This document shows, in pieces, positions 21,095 to 29,509 of a DNA stretch of 64,000 bases. The stretch covers positions 8,282 through 72,281 of the forward strand of contig SVRV01000009.1 in NCBI GenBank assembly GCA_015064635.1, in the 5' to 3' direction. Below the pieces are notes generated by a model, which saw only the letters and a list, made by a program, of their open reading frames with translations, did not search any database and was not told the DNA's origin. Source of the stretch: Oscillospiraceae bacterium (GTDB lineage Bacteria; Bacillota; Clostridia; Oscillospirales; SIG627). Position numbers and translations under genes: made by a program. The number at the start of each line of letters is the position of its first letter. The stretch's first letter is position 1.

Positions 21095-23038
21095 TTATTT
21101 AATATATTTTGCAGCTATTTCGTCAATTTTACCGTTTGCCTTTAGTGCAAGTATAGCCTCGTTGATTTTATCAAGCAGCTTGGTGTTTCCCTTTGCAACG
21201 TAGACAACGTAATCCTCTTCGGCATAAGAAGTACTGAGAATTTTTATTCCTTTATTTGCCGCTACAAGCTCCTTAGCAAGCTTGTTGTCAATAATAACAC
21301 AGTGAATGTCGTCATTGATAAGGGCGGATATTGCATCATTTCCATTGATGTAGCTGCTGACTCTATCGGGTCCAAAATCGTCAAGCGCATAAATAGCACT
21401 TGTTGACCCCGTTTGTACGCCTATCTTTTGGTTTGCAGTTTCGGCATAAAGGTAATCTACTGAAGTGATGTCTGAACCCTCTTTGACGATAATTGACATA
21501 TTGTTTGTGATGTAGCTAATAGAGTAGTTTGCCTTTTGGCGTCGTTCCTCTGTAACAGTTACACCCGCCATAGCAAAGCTTGCATTTCCATTTGTAACGG
21601 CGTCAATGACGTATTCGAAAGCCATATCCGAAATTTTAAGCTCTACTCCGATATACTCTGCAATAGCCGAAGCAATTTCTACATCAATGCCTACAATTTT
21701 CTCTCCTTCGTAGTATTCAAAAGGGCGGAAGTAAGCATTTGTTGCCATTATGAGAGTTCCTTCTATTTCAGGCTCTTCCTCCGTTACCTCTGTACTTTTT
21801 TCGTAATGTATTTTTGCATTACAGTCTCTATTCCAGTTTTTGTCCCATCCGTCCGTGGTGCCTTTAATATAGATGCTTTGAGCATTTGTCCAATATGCGA
21901 AAGCAGCATCGCCCACATTTGTAACACTTGCGGGAACAGTAATTTCCGAAAGGCTTGTGCAACCGGAGAAAGCCCACCAATCTATAGTTGTTACGCCGTC
22001 AGGGATAGTAATGCTTTCAAGACTTGTACAGCCGCCAAAGAATTCTCTGGGAATTTTTGTTATGCCTTTCGGGAGAGTAACGCTTTTAAGATTTGTGCAT
22101 CCTTGGAAGGTAGCCTCATATATATCTGTTGCTTTATCGGGGAGATGGATACTTGTGAGGCTTGTGCAACCGCAGAATGACCAGTCACCGATACCCGTCA
22201 CGCTGTCGGGAATAGTGATGCTTGTGAGACTTTCGCAAGTACCAAAGGCACCATATCCGATGTGGATAAGTGTACTTGGTAAAGTGATGCTTGTCATTTT
22301 GGTAAAGGCTTGGAAGGAATCCATACCCAGCGATGTTATACCCTCTTGCACTATGACCTTTTTGGTTTTGTCGGCATTATCAAACCATTTGTCATCAAGA
22401 TAATTATAACGGTTACTTACATAAATCGCACCTGTTCCCGAAACAATGAGTGTTCCGTCTTCATCAAGTGTCCAGGTGATATTATCGTCACATTTGCCCG
22501 AAGAGATAATTTTAGATTTCGGTTCTTCCACCTTGGGTTCTTCCGCCTTAGGTTCTTCCGCCTTAGGTTCTTCCACCTTAGGTTCTTCCACCTTGGGTTC
22601 TTCCACCTTAGGTTCTTCCACCTTGGGTTCTTCCACCTTGGGTTCTTCCGCCTTAGGTTCTTCCACCTCGGGCTCTTCCTCAGGAAGTGAAGGAATGGGC
22701 TCAACCTTTGGTTCTTCGGGTGTTTCTGTGGGGGGGTCAATCGGTTCTTCTTCGGGCTCTGTCGGCTCATTGGGAGTTACAACCTCGGGGAGCTCTTCGG
22801 GCACTTTCGGCTCGGTTATTTCGCCGGGGGTTACAATCTCCGGAATTTCTCCGGGTGAGGCAACACTCGGCTCTTCGTCTTTTGGCTCAACCCTTGGTTT
22901 TTCGGGAGCTTCTACGGGATTGTTTTCGTTAACACTTGTTTCTGCTGTTTCATCAGAGCAGGAGACCATCATAAAAATTGCTGTGAAAAGTGACAAAATG
23001 AGAATAAGGGACAATCTTTTTGTGTTGATTCTTTTCAT
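21095..23038 (-). CDS. Chimeric lipoprotein: Pro/Glu-rich linker + BspA-type LRR domain + family-3 solute-binding domain
   Basis: ATG at 23038 with RBS. Lipobox FMMVSCS. EEPKV repeats. LRR_5-like repeats (ITIPDSVTGIGDWSFCGCTSLTSI...). The C-terminal 230 aa look like SBP_bac_3 (GIDVEIASAIAEY...GVQTGST...). Confidence 0.8.
   Translation of the reverse strand: MKRINTKRLSLILILSLFTAIFMMVSCSDETAETSVNENNPVEAPEKPRVEPKDEEPSVASPGEIPEIVTPGEITEPKVPEELPEVVTPNEPTEPEEEPIDPPTETPEEPKVEPIPSLPEEEPEVEEPKAEEPKVEEPKVEEPKVEEPKVEEPKVEEPKAEEPKAEEPKVEEPKSKIISSGKCDDNITWTLDEDGTLIVSGTGAIYVSNRYNYLDDKWFDNADKTKKVIVQEGITSLGMDSFQAFTKMTSITLPSTLIHIGYGAFGTCESLTSITIPDSVTGIGDWSFCGCTSLTSIHLPDKATDIYEATFQGCTNLKSVTLPKGITKIPREFFGGCTSLESITIPDGVTTIDWWAFSGCTSLSEITVPASVTNVGDAAFAYWTNAQSIYIKGTTDGWDKNWNRDCNAKIHYEKSTEVTEEEPEIEGTLIMATNAYFRPFEYYEGEKIVGIDVEIASAIAEYIGVELKISDMAFEYVIDAVTNGNASFAMAGVTVTEERRQKANYSISYITNNMSIIVKEGSDITSVDYLYAETANQKIGVQTGSTSAIYALDDFGPDRVSSYINGNDAISALINDDIHCVIIDNKLAKELVAANKGIKILSTSYAEEDYVVYVAKGNTKLLDKINEAILALKANGKIDEIAAKYIK
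22521..22680. repeat. 15-bp tandem repeat, about 10-11 copies, in-frame within the CDS
   Basis: GGTTCTTCCACCTT(G/A) units encode (E/A)EPKV repeats on the minus strand. Confidence 0.9.
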
Positions 23039-23212
23039 TTTAAAGTCCTTTCTAATACGGAGATAGCTCTCGCAAAAATCTATATTTATTTTATAACAAA
23101 AAAACAATAATGTCAACAAAAGTACTCATATATTTTCGGCATTTGAGCATATACTTGACATTCTGACCTTATTTATGGTATAGTTTAGTATAAATTTGTA
23201 AGGAGATTTATT

Positions 23213-24676
23213 ATGAGATATATACCCGAAGAAAGTGGAGTTATCATATATTGGGACCTGCCCGAGGGCTTTACCGATGGTGAAATGTACAGTGTTACCC
23301 TTAACGGAAACACTGTTGAAACAGAGAAATGCCATGTACATTTCACGGGGCTTGAGCCTGAAACGGAGTACATTGCGGTATGGTCATACAAGGGAACAAG
23401 GGAAGAAATCACTGTCCGCACACTGCCCGTAAGAAAAAGAGTAAATGTACTTGACTTCGGTGCGGTGGGAGACGGTGTGACACTTAACACGGCGGCTTTG
23501 CAGAAGGCTATTGACAGCTGTGAAAACGGAGTTGTTTATATCCCCGAGGGCGACTATATGACAGGCTCTCTCTTTTTGCATTCGGATATGGAGCTTTATC
23601 TTGAAAAGGGTGCCATTCTTCATGGAACAACCGAGGTCAACGACTATTCTCCCAAGATAAAGAGCCGTTTTGAGGGCAAGGAAATGATGTGCTATTCTGC
23701 ACTTATAAATATAGGAAGCCTTAACAGAGATGCGGTTACCTGTCGCAATGTGCGTATTTGCGGAGAGGGTACGGTTTACGGCGGAGGCAGAACTCTTGCG
23801 GATAATGTGGTAAGTGTTGAAACAGAGCTGATGAAGGCGGAGCTTGAGGCAATCGGAGAGGGAATAAAGGAATACGAGCTTCCCCAAACCATACCCGGCA
23901 GAGCGAGACCGAGGCTTATTAATATAAGCTCATCGGAGAACATTGTCATCAGCGGTATAACTGTTGCCAACGGACCTTGCTGGAATGTGCATATGATATA
24001 TTCAAGGAACATTGAGACCTGCGGCGTTACCTTCCGTTCGAGCGGAGTGTGGAACGGTGACGGATGGGACCCCGATTCTTCAACAGATTGTACCATTTTC
24101 GGATGCGAGTTTTACACGGGCGACGATGCTGTTGCCATTAAATCGGGTAAGAATCCCGAGGGCAATGTGATAAACCGTCCCTCCGAGAGAATAAGAATAT
24201 TCGATTGTAAGAGTAATTACGGACACGGAGTGACTATCGGCAGCGAAATGTCGGGCGGAATCAACGATGTGCGCATATGGAATTGCGATATGTCAACATC
24301 TGTTTACGGAGTTGAGATAAAGGCTACCAAAAAAAGAGGCGGATATGTAAGAAACGTACATGTCAGCAATACCAAGGCTTGCAGAATCCTTCTCCATTCG
24401 GTAGGCTACAACGATGACGGCGAGGGTGCGCCCACAGCCCCTGTTTTTGAGGACTGTACCTTTGAGAACATAGAGCTTACCGCAAGAATGCATACTCAGG
24501 AAAATGAGGACGTGGACTGCGAGGCAATCGAGGTGTCAGGCTTCGATATTCCGGGTCATTACGCAAAAAATATCAAATTTAAAAATATAACCATAGGCAC
24601 AGGCGACGGAAGAAAGCACACGGTTTTGCTGTCCTGCTGCGACGGAATAAGCTTTGAAGGTATAAAGGCGAAATAA
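23213..24676 (+). CDS. Glycoside hydrolase family 28 (polygalacturonase-like), no signal peptide
   Basis: LDFGAVGDGVTLNTAALQKAIDSC, NGDGWDPDSS and GDDAVAIKSG are typical of GH28 beta-helix enzymes. The N-terminal ~70 aa look Fn3-like. Confidence 0.85.
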   Translation: MRYIPEESGVIIYWDLPEGFTDGEMYSVTLNGNTVETEKCHVHFTGLEPETEYIAVWSYKGTREEITVRTLPVRKRVNVLDFGAVGDGVTLNTAALQKAIDSCENGVVYIPEGDYMTGSLFLHSDMELYLEKGAILHGTTEVNDYSPKIKSRFEGKEMMCYSALINIGSLNRDAVTCRNVRICGEGTVYGGGRTLADNVVSVETELMKAELEAIGEGIKEYELPQTIPGRARPRLINISSSENIVISGITVANGPCWNVHMIYSRNIETCGVTFRSSGVWNGDGWDPDSSTDCTIFGCEFYTGDDAVAIKSGKNPEGNVINRPSERIRIFDCKSNYGHGVTIGSEMSGGINDVRIWNCDMSTSVYGVEIKATKKRGGYVRNVHVSNTKACRILLHSVGYNDDGEGAPTAPVFEDCTFENIELTARMHTQENEDVDCEAIEVSGFDIPGHYAKNIKFKNITIGTGDGRKHTVLLSCCDGISFEGIKAK

Positions 24677-24710
24677 AACAAAGGCTCAAGTGCTGAATAT
24701 TACCAAAAAT

Positions 24711-24742
24711 ATCCCGACAGAAATCTGTCGGGATAAAATTTT
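24711..24742 (+). terminator. Rho-independent terminator of GH28
   Basis: ATCCCGACAG-AAAT-CTGTCGGGAT, followed by AAAATTTT. Confidence 0.75.
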
Positions 24743-24875
24743 AATTTGGAGCTTCTGTGGGATTGTTTTCGTTAACGCTTGCTTCTGCTGTTTCATTAGA
24801 GCAGGAGACCATCATAAAAATTGCTGTGAAAAGTGATAAAGTAAGGGATAATCTTTTGGCATGGATTTTCTTCAT
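24741..24875 (-). pseudogene. 44-codon remnant (signal peptide only) of a paralogue of the LRR/SBP lipoprotein gene
   Basis: Translates to MKKIHAKRLSLTLSLFTAIFMMVSCSNETAEASVNENNPTEAPN*. DNA at 24748-24895 parallels 22905-23055. Confidence 0.65.
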
Positions 24876-24927
24876 TTGTCTGTGTCCTTTCTCTTTTTGT
24901 TTTTACCACTTTTAATGCGTGCTTTTT

Positions 24928-24973
24928 CTATTCCGAATTTGGTCGACTTTTCCACTAAATTCGGAATAGATTA
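24928..24973. repeat. 46-bp hairpin repeat, copy 1
   Basis: CTATTCCGAATTTGGTCGACTTTTCCACTAAATTCGGAATAGATTA, identical to 26299-26344. It has 13-bp inverted arms and contains the ATPase stop codon. Confidence 0.9.
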
Positions 24974-26224
24974 CATATCAAGACTGTTTTCGTTCAAAAG
25001 AAAATCAAAAATTCCTATGGTAGTAATTCCGTAGTCATCGCGTTTTGGCTTAATATCATCCTTAACGACTATAATTTTTTTGAAAGAGTCCTGAACTTTT
25101 AAAAGAGAGCGCTTTTCTTGTTTTTCCTTTGCATCATTTGGCATATCAAATGCCGATTGAATATAGTATTTATTGTTTCCTTTTGTGGCTATAAAATCAA
25201 TTTCAAGTCTTTTTTGAGTTTTTTTGCCATTATTGTCAGCTTCGTAGGTTTCCACGACTCCCACATCTACGGAAAAACCGCGAATTTTCAATTCGTTAAA
25301 GATAATATTTTCCATGATGTGGTTTTCTTCCTGCTGTCTAAAATTGAGAAGTGCATTTCTTATTCCAACATCGGTAAAATAATACTTTGAAGGTGTTTCT
25401 ATATATTTTCTTCCTTTGACATCGTATCTTTTTGCTTTGTCGGTAAGGAAGGCATCATTCAGGAAATCCAAATATTTTTTTATTGTTTTTTCCGTGATTT
25501 TACTGTTTTTTATGCTGTGGAAAGTGTTTGCCAGCTTTGTTGGATTGGTGAGTGAGCCCACAGACGAGGCAAGAATATTTATAAGCTCCTCAAGCTCTTC
25601 CATGTTGCGTATTTTGTTTCTTTCAAGTATGTCGCTTATATAAACCTTTTTCAAAAGAGAGGTAAGATATTCCACCTTCATTTCGTCATCGCTTCTCATA
25701 AGTATCTGAGGGAGTCCGCCATAGGTATAGTAATCCTTCCATGCCATTGTTACACTTCCGTTGTATGCACTGAAATATTCGGAAAATGACAGGGGATTAA
25801 CATGAATTTCATCCCCTCTTCCGCGAAACTCGGTTAGAATATCACTTGACAAAAACTTCGAATTACTTCCTGTAACATATACATCAAGGTTTCTGATATG
25901 CGAAAGTCCGTTGACCAAATCGGTGAAGTCTCCCACATATTGTATCTCGTCTAAAAAAAGATAGTATTGCTCTTTGTCATTCAGTTGCTCTCTTATATGA
26001 TAGTATAGTGCTTTTGGATCTCTTAATTCCTCATTTATTATGTCGTCAAGAGCAATTTCTATAATATGGTCTTCCTTTATTCCTTTTTCTACCAGATAAT
26101 CATGATATAAATTAAAAAGCAAATATGATTTTCCGCAACGACGTATACCTGTAACAACCTTTACAAGTCCGTTACATTCCCTCTTTATGAGTTTATTCAA
26201 ATATAAATCACGCTTAATTACCAT
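24971..26224 (-). CDS. AAA-family ATPase with DUF4143-type C-terminal domain
   Basis: Walker A GIRRCGKSYLL and Walker B YLFLDEIQ. ATG at 26224 follows GGGGGA. The ORF-track start at 26239 is a TTG. Confidence 0.85.
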   Translation of the reverse strand: MVIKRDLYLNKLIKRECNGLVKVVTGIRRCGKSYLLFNLYHDYLVEKGIKEDHIIEIALDDIINEELRDPKALYYHIREQLNDKEQYYLFLDEIQYVGDFTDLVNGLSHIRNLDVYVTGSNSKFLSSDILTEFRGRGDEIHVNPLSFSEYFSAYNGSVTMAWKDYYTYGGLPQILMRSDDEMKVEYLTSLLKKVYISDILERNKIRNMEELEELINILASSVGSLTNPTKLANTFHSIKNSKITEKTIKKYLDFLNDAFLTDKAKRYDVKGRKYIETPSKYYFTDVGIRNALLNFRQQEENHIMENIIFNELKIRGFSVDVGVVETYEADNNGKKTQKRLEIDFIATKGNNKYYIQSAFDMPNDAKEKQEKRSLLKVQDSFKKIIVVKDDIKPKRDDYGITTIGIFDFLLNENSLDM

Positions 26225-26298
26225 ATTTTTCCCCCGCAACTTAAAATTTCTGTCCTTTTGATTTGATTATATCATATCATAGACACGAAGTCAACATC

Positions 26299-26344
26299 CT
26301 ATTCCGAATTTGGTCGACTTTTCCACTAAATTCGGAATAGATTA
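26299..26344. repeat. 46-bp hairpin repeat, copy 2
   Basis: Identical to 24928-24973, in direct orientation. Confidence 0.9.
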
Positions 26345-26434
26345 TGCATGTTTTTTGTCAACCTCATCACCTCTTGTATTTTTTTGCCCGCTTTGTAAAT
26401 AATAAGGGCGAAAACAAATATACAAAGAGGTATT

Positions 26435-26800
26435 ATGAAAACTATATTCTTATTTTTAATAACGGGACTTTCTGCCGGGTTTATCAACGGACTTTTCGGG
26501 ACGGGGGGAGCGTTGCCGCTGCTTGCGCTTTTCGCTTATCTGGCACTGAAATCCGAGAAGGTTTTTGCAACCGCCAGCTTTGCGGTGCTCCTTTTGTCGG
26601 CGGTCAGCTTGGTTTTGTATTTGAAAAACGGAACGCTCACTCTTGACTCCTTCAAGTCACATCTTGGTGATACGGTAGTGCCTGCAGTGCTGGGCGGTGC
26701 TGTGGGAAGTCTGCTGCTTGCAAAAATTGCACCGAAGCTTCTTAAAAAGGTCTTTTTTGCCCTTGTAATAATAGGCGGTGCGGGAATGATGTTCAAATGA
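26435..26800 (+). CDS. TauE/SafE (TSUP) family half-size membrane protein, N-half
   Basis: 121 aa, about 4 TM, GLFGTGGA motif. Confidence 0.75.
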   Translation: MKTIFLFLITGLSAGFINGLFGTGGALPLLALFAYLALKSEKVFATASFAVLLLSAVSLVLYLKNGTLTLDSFKSHLGDTVVPAVLGGAVGSLLLAKIAPKLLKKVFFALVIIGGAGMMFK

Positions 26801-27150
26801 CATTTCTTGTAGCGGTACTGACGGGATTAGGGGTTGGCTCGGGCGGTATTTATATTCTCTATCTTACCTTAATAAAAGACATCCCCCAAGCCGAGGCTCA
26901 GGGGATGAATCTTATCTTTTTTATTACGGCAACCCTTGCCGCCGCTACCGTCAATTTAATAAAGAAGCGAATATCATTTGTTTGTATCGCATTTACCGTG
27001 CCGCTTGGAATACTTGGCGCCGTTGGCGGAAGCTATGTTGCCTCTGTGGTAAAGTCCGAAACGCTCGGCATAATGTTCGGTGTTCTTTTAATGGTTATCG
27101 GCATTTCGGGATTTATAAAGCTTCGGAAAAAAGGTAAATCAGACGGTTAA
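26797..27150 (+). CDS. TauE/SafE (TSUP) family half-size membrane protein, C-half
   Basis: 117 aa, about 4 TM, GLGVGSGG motif. ATGA overlap with the preceding half. Confidence 0.75.
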   Translation: MTFLVAVLTGLGVGSGGIYILYLTLIKDIPQAEAQGMNLIFFITATLAAATVNLIKKRISFVCIAFTVPLGILGAVGGSYVASVVKSETLGIMFGVLLMVIGISGFIKLRKKGKSDG

Positions 27151-27897
27151 AATCATTCCGTCAAACGCCGTTACCATGTCAAGGGCTGCGAAAATCTCTA
27201 CACATTCCTCGTGGGAGGGGTGAAGGGTGCGGGCAAGGTGGGAGGCTACCATAACACCGTTTTCTTTCATCATTTCAAGTCTTTTCATTTCTGCGGTCAT
27301 CTTACGAAGCATGGGCACTGTGTTATGCTCAAAGAGACGCCAGTCATCAAAGTCACCTACAGTGCAATCCAGTATTGCCATGTCAAAGCGGTGTGCCTTC
27401 ATTTCCTCCCACGTGGGACGTAAAAACCATGCACCGTCAAGACCGTAGAATATCTCCTTGCCGTCGGCAGTTTTTATTATGTAGTGGAAGGAGTTCAGTA
27501 CATCGTCATGATTTGCGAGAAGAGGCAAAACGGTGTATGTACCGAGAGTTACGCTCTTGTATATTTCGGGGGTGATAAAGGTCACGTTTGGAGTATCCCC
27601 GATTCTTTCTCTCACGGGATTTGAGCAGAAAACCGTTATATTGCAATTTTTTGCAAGTCTTTTCACCGAGTCTGCATTTACATGGTCACCGTGATTGTGG
27701 GTGACCAATACATATTTAACTCCGTCAAGAATTGCAGAGTCGTTTTTTTCGGCATAATCGAAGATATGCGCTCCCGGGTCAACCAGAAGGTCACGGTTTA
27801 TGAGAGTTGATGAATTGCGGCGGAAAAATTCGCCCTCTTTTCTGTCATTGATATTCCAATCTGCGGCACCTGTGCCAAGAAAAAGTATGCTGTTCAT
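27139..27897 (-). CDS. MBL-fold metallo-hydrolase
   Basis: HNHGDH motif, 252 aa. Confidence 0.8.
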   Translation of the reverse strand: MNSILFLGTGAADWNINDRKEGEFFRRNSSTLINRDLLVDPGAHIFDYAEKNDSAILDGVKYVLVTHNHGDHVNADSVKRLAKNCNITVFCSNPVRERIGDTPNVTFITPEIYKSVTLGTYTVLPLLANHDDVLNSFHYIIKTADGKEIFYGLDGAWFLRPTWEEMKAHRFDMAILDCTVGDFDDWRLFEHNTVPMLRKMTAEMKRLEMMKENGVMVASHLARTLHPSHEECVEIFAALDMVTAFDGMILTV

Positions 27898-27907
27898 AAT
27901 TGTTCTC

Positions 27908-29500
27908 CTAATTATTTTTAAGAAAGTTTTCTCCGAAGGCTTTTAATTCTTCGGGCTTCAAATATTTGTATATTCCGTACTCTGAGCCTTTTTTGTAGAG
28001 TATAGCATCAATGTCGGACAAGAAATAAATGCCGCATTCAACATACGCCTTTATTTTCATGGTGTCGAGGCTTACCAGGACACTCTTTCCGCTGTATTGA
28101 TACTCTGTTATGAAAAGGGTGTTACTGTCTGCAAAGGCTATTTCTGATGCTTCGCAAAGCTCAAAGCCTATATCAATGGTACAGCCTGTGCTGTCCGTTA
28201 TGCTTCCGTCAGGATTCAGCGTCACCTTTTTGTCTCCGTGGATGAATTCTTTTCCGACAGAGGGGACATTCTTTTCGGTGTAGCTTTCATCCGCTCCGTC
28301 AAAGGCAGTTATCTTACCTTCGCCCAAAGCGAGCCAACCGCCGTTGTAAACTATTTTTTCAACAGCGTGAGAAACCTCTCTCTTTGTTGTTTCCTTTGTG
28401 GAAATATCATACTCAACGAGGTAGTTTTTGCGCTCGCTTCCCACATATTCATATGTGCCGAGGGCAATTACATCTCCCATTGACGAAATGGCTGTGGGAT
28501 ACGGCTCGTTTATATCAAGCTTTTGGTGAACATCGTAGGAAACCTTGTATAAAAGCTCAACGGTGTCCGAGCTTTCCGCAACCGTTGCAATTCTGCCGCC
28601 ATTACAGTCGGCGGACTTGCGTGGAGTAGCAAATCTGTAAGAATCGCCGAGTCGGAGAGTGTCCTCTTCGGGGAAGAGGGGACTTTTCGGCTTGTTTGAA
28701 AAAAGCTCTGCCTTGGTGGACAAAAAATCCTTCGTTGCGATTTGGACTGTACCGTCACCCGCTCGGCACATGAGAATTTCGCTGCCCGCCTCTGTGTCAA
28801 AGACGGTTTTGCCCGAATTCGCATCAAGTGCCGAGAGCCTTGACCCATTTGCTACAATAATGCTGTGATAGGGGACAACCTCGCCGCTTTCGTTATACAT
28901 TTCGTGGGTGAGAGGGAATATGTTCAAATATCCGTCGGTTATTTCAATGTCGGATATCCATTCACCGTTTGTCACTCTGCCGTTTTCAACCTTGTACTCC
29001 ACCCCGTCATAAACAAAGGGAGTGCTGTCGGGAATTTCGGCATCTGCCTCATCGCCTTTCATGTCAAAAGCCTTGTTTTCTATGAAAAGCAGGTCGCCTT
29101 CAAAGTGAAAATTGCCCTTGGGAAGTGTTTTTATTATACCGGCTTCTTTGTAATCAATGAGATACACCGCCGTACTGTCTGAGGCGGCAAGAAAAGCACC
29201 GTTGGGTGAAAGACAAAGGCTTTCCGCTTCTGATGGAAGTGTAACGTATTTTGTCAGAACTCTTGTCTTGTTACTGTAAGTCCCCGAAATATCTGCAATA
29301 ATGCGCTCGGCATCGGGGTGAGTGTAGACCGAAAGCGCTGCTTCAAGTGAGGGGAGGAGCTTGCCTTCCTCAAAAAGAGACAATGCCTTGGCAACGGCTT
29401 CGGGGCTTGGTATATCGTCTACAGGCTTTTCTACTTCGGTTTTATCTGAACAGGATGCAAGTATAAGTAAAGTCAAAACCAGTAAAATCAGTTTTTTCAT
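27908..29500 (-). CDS. Hypothetical lipoprotein
   Basis: Signal peptide plus lipobox (LLILASCS), 530 aa. No family recognised. Confidence 0.7.
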   Translation of the reverse strand: MKKLILLVLTLLILASCSDKTEVEKPVDDIPSPEAVAKALSLFEEGKLLPSLEAALSVYTHPDAERIIADISGTYSNKTRVLTKYVTLPSEAESLCLSPNGAFLAASDSTAVYLIDYKEAGIIKTLPKGNFHFEGDLLFIENKAFDMKGDEADAEIPDSTPFVYDGVEYKVENGRVTNGEWISDIEITDGYLNIFPLTHEMYNESGEVVPYHSIIVANGSRLSALDANSGKTVFDTEAGSEILMCRAGDGTVQIATKDFLSTKAELFSNKPKSPLFPEEDTLRLGDSYRFATPRKSADCNGGRIATVAESSDTVELLYKVSYDVHQKLDINEPYPTAISSMGDVIALGTYEYVGSERKNYLVEYDISTKETTKREVSHAVEKIVYNGGWLALGEGKITAFDGADESYTEKNVPSVGKEFIHGDKKVTLNPDGSITDSTGCTIDIGFELCEASEIAFADSNTLFITEYQYSGKSVLVSLDTMKIKAYVECGIYFLSDIDAILYKKGSEYGIYKYLKPEELKAFGENFLKNN

Positions 29501-29509
29501 TTTTACCTC

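Noticed and set aside
22521-22680. Regular short repeat array that could be mistaken for a CRISPR or minisatellite locus.
   Set aside because: The period is 15 bp with no spacers. The array lies in-frame inside a long CDS and encodes EEPKV units, so it is a coding tandem repeat.
26344-26646. ORF 26344-26646 (+) starting at the edge of the 46-bp repeat.
   Set aside because: It overlaps the better-supported TauE N-half gene in another frame, has no RBS and gives an odd composition.
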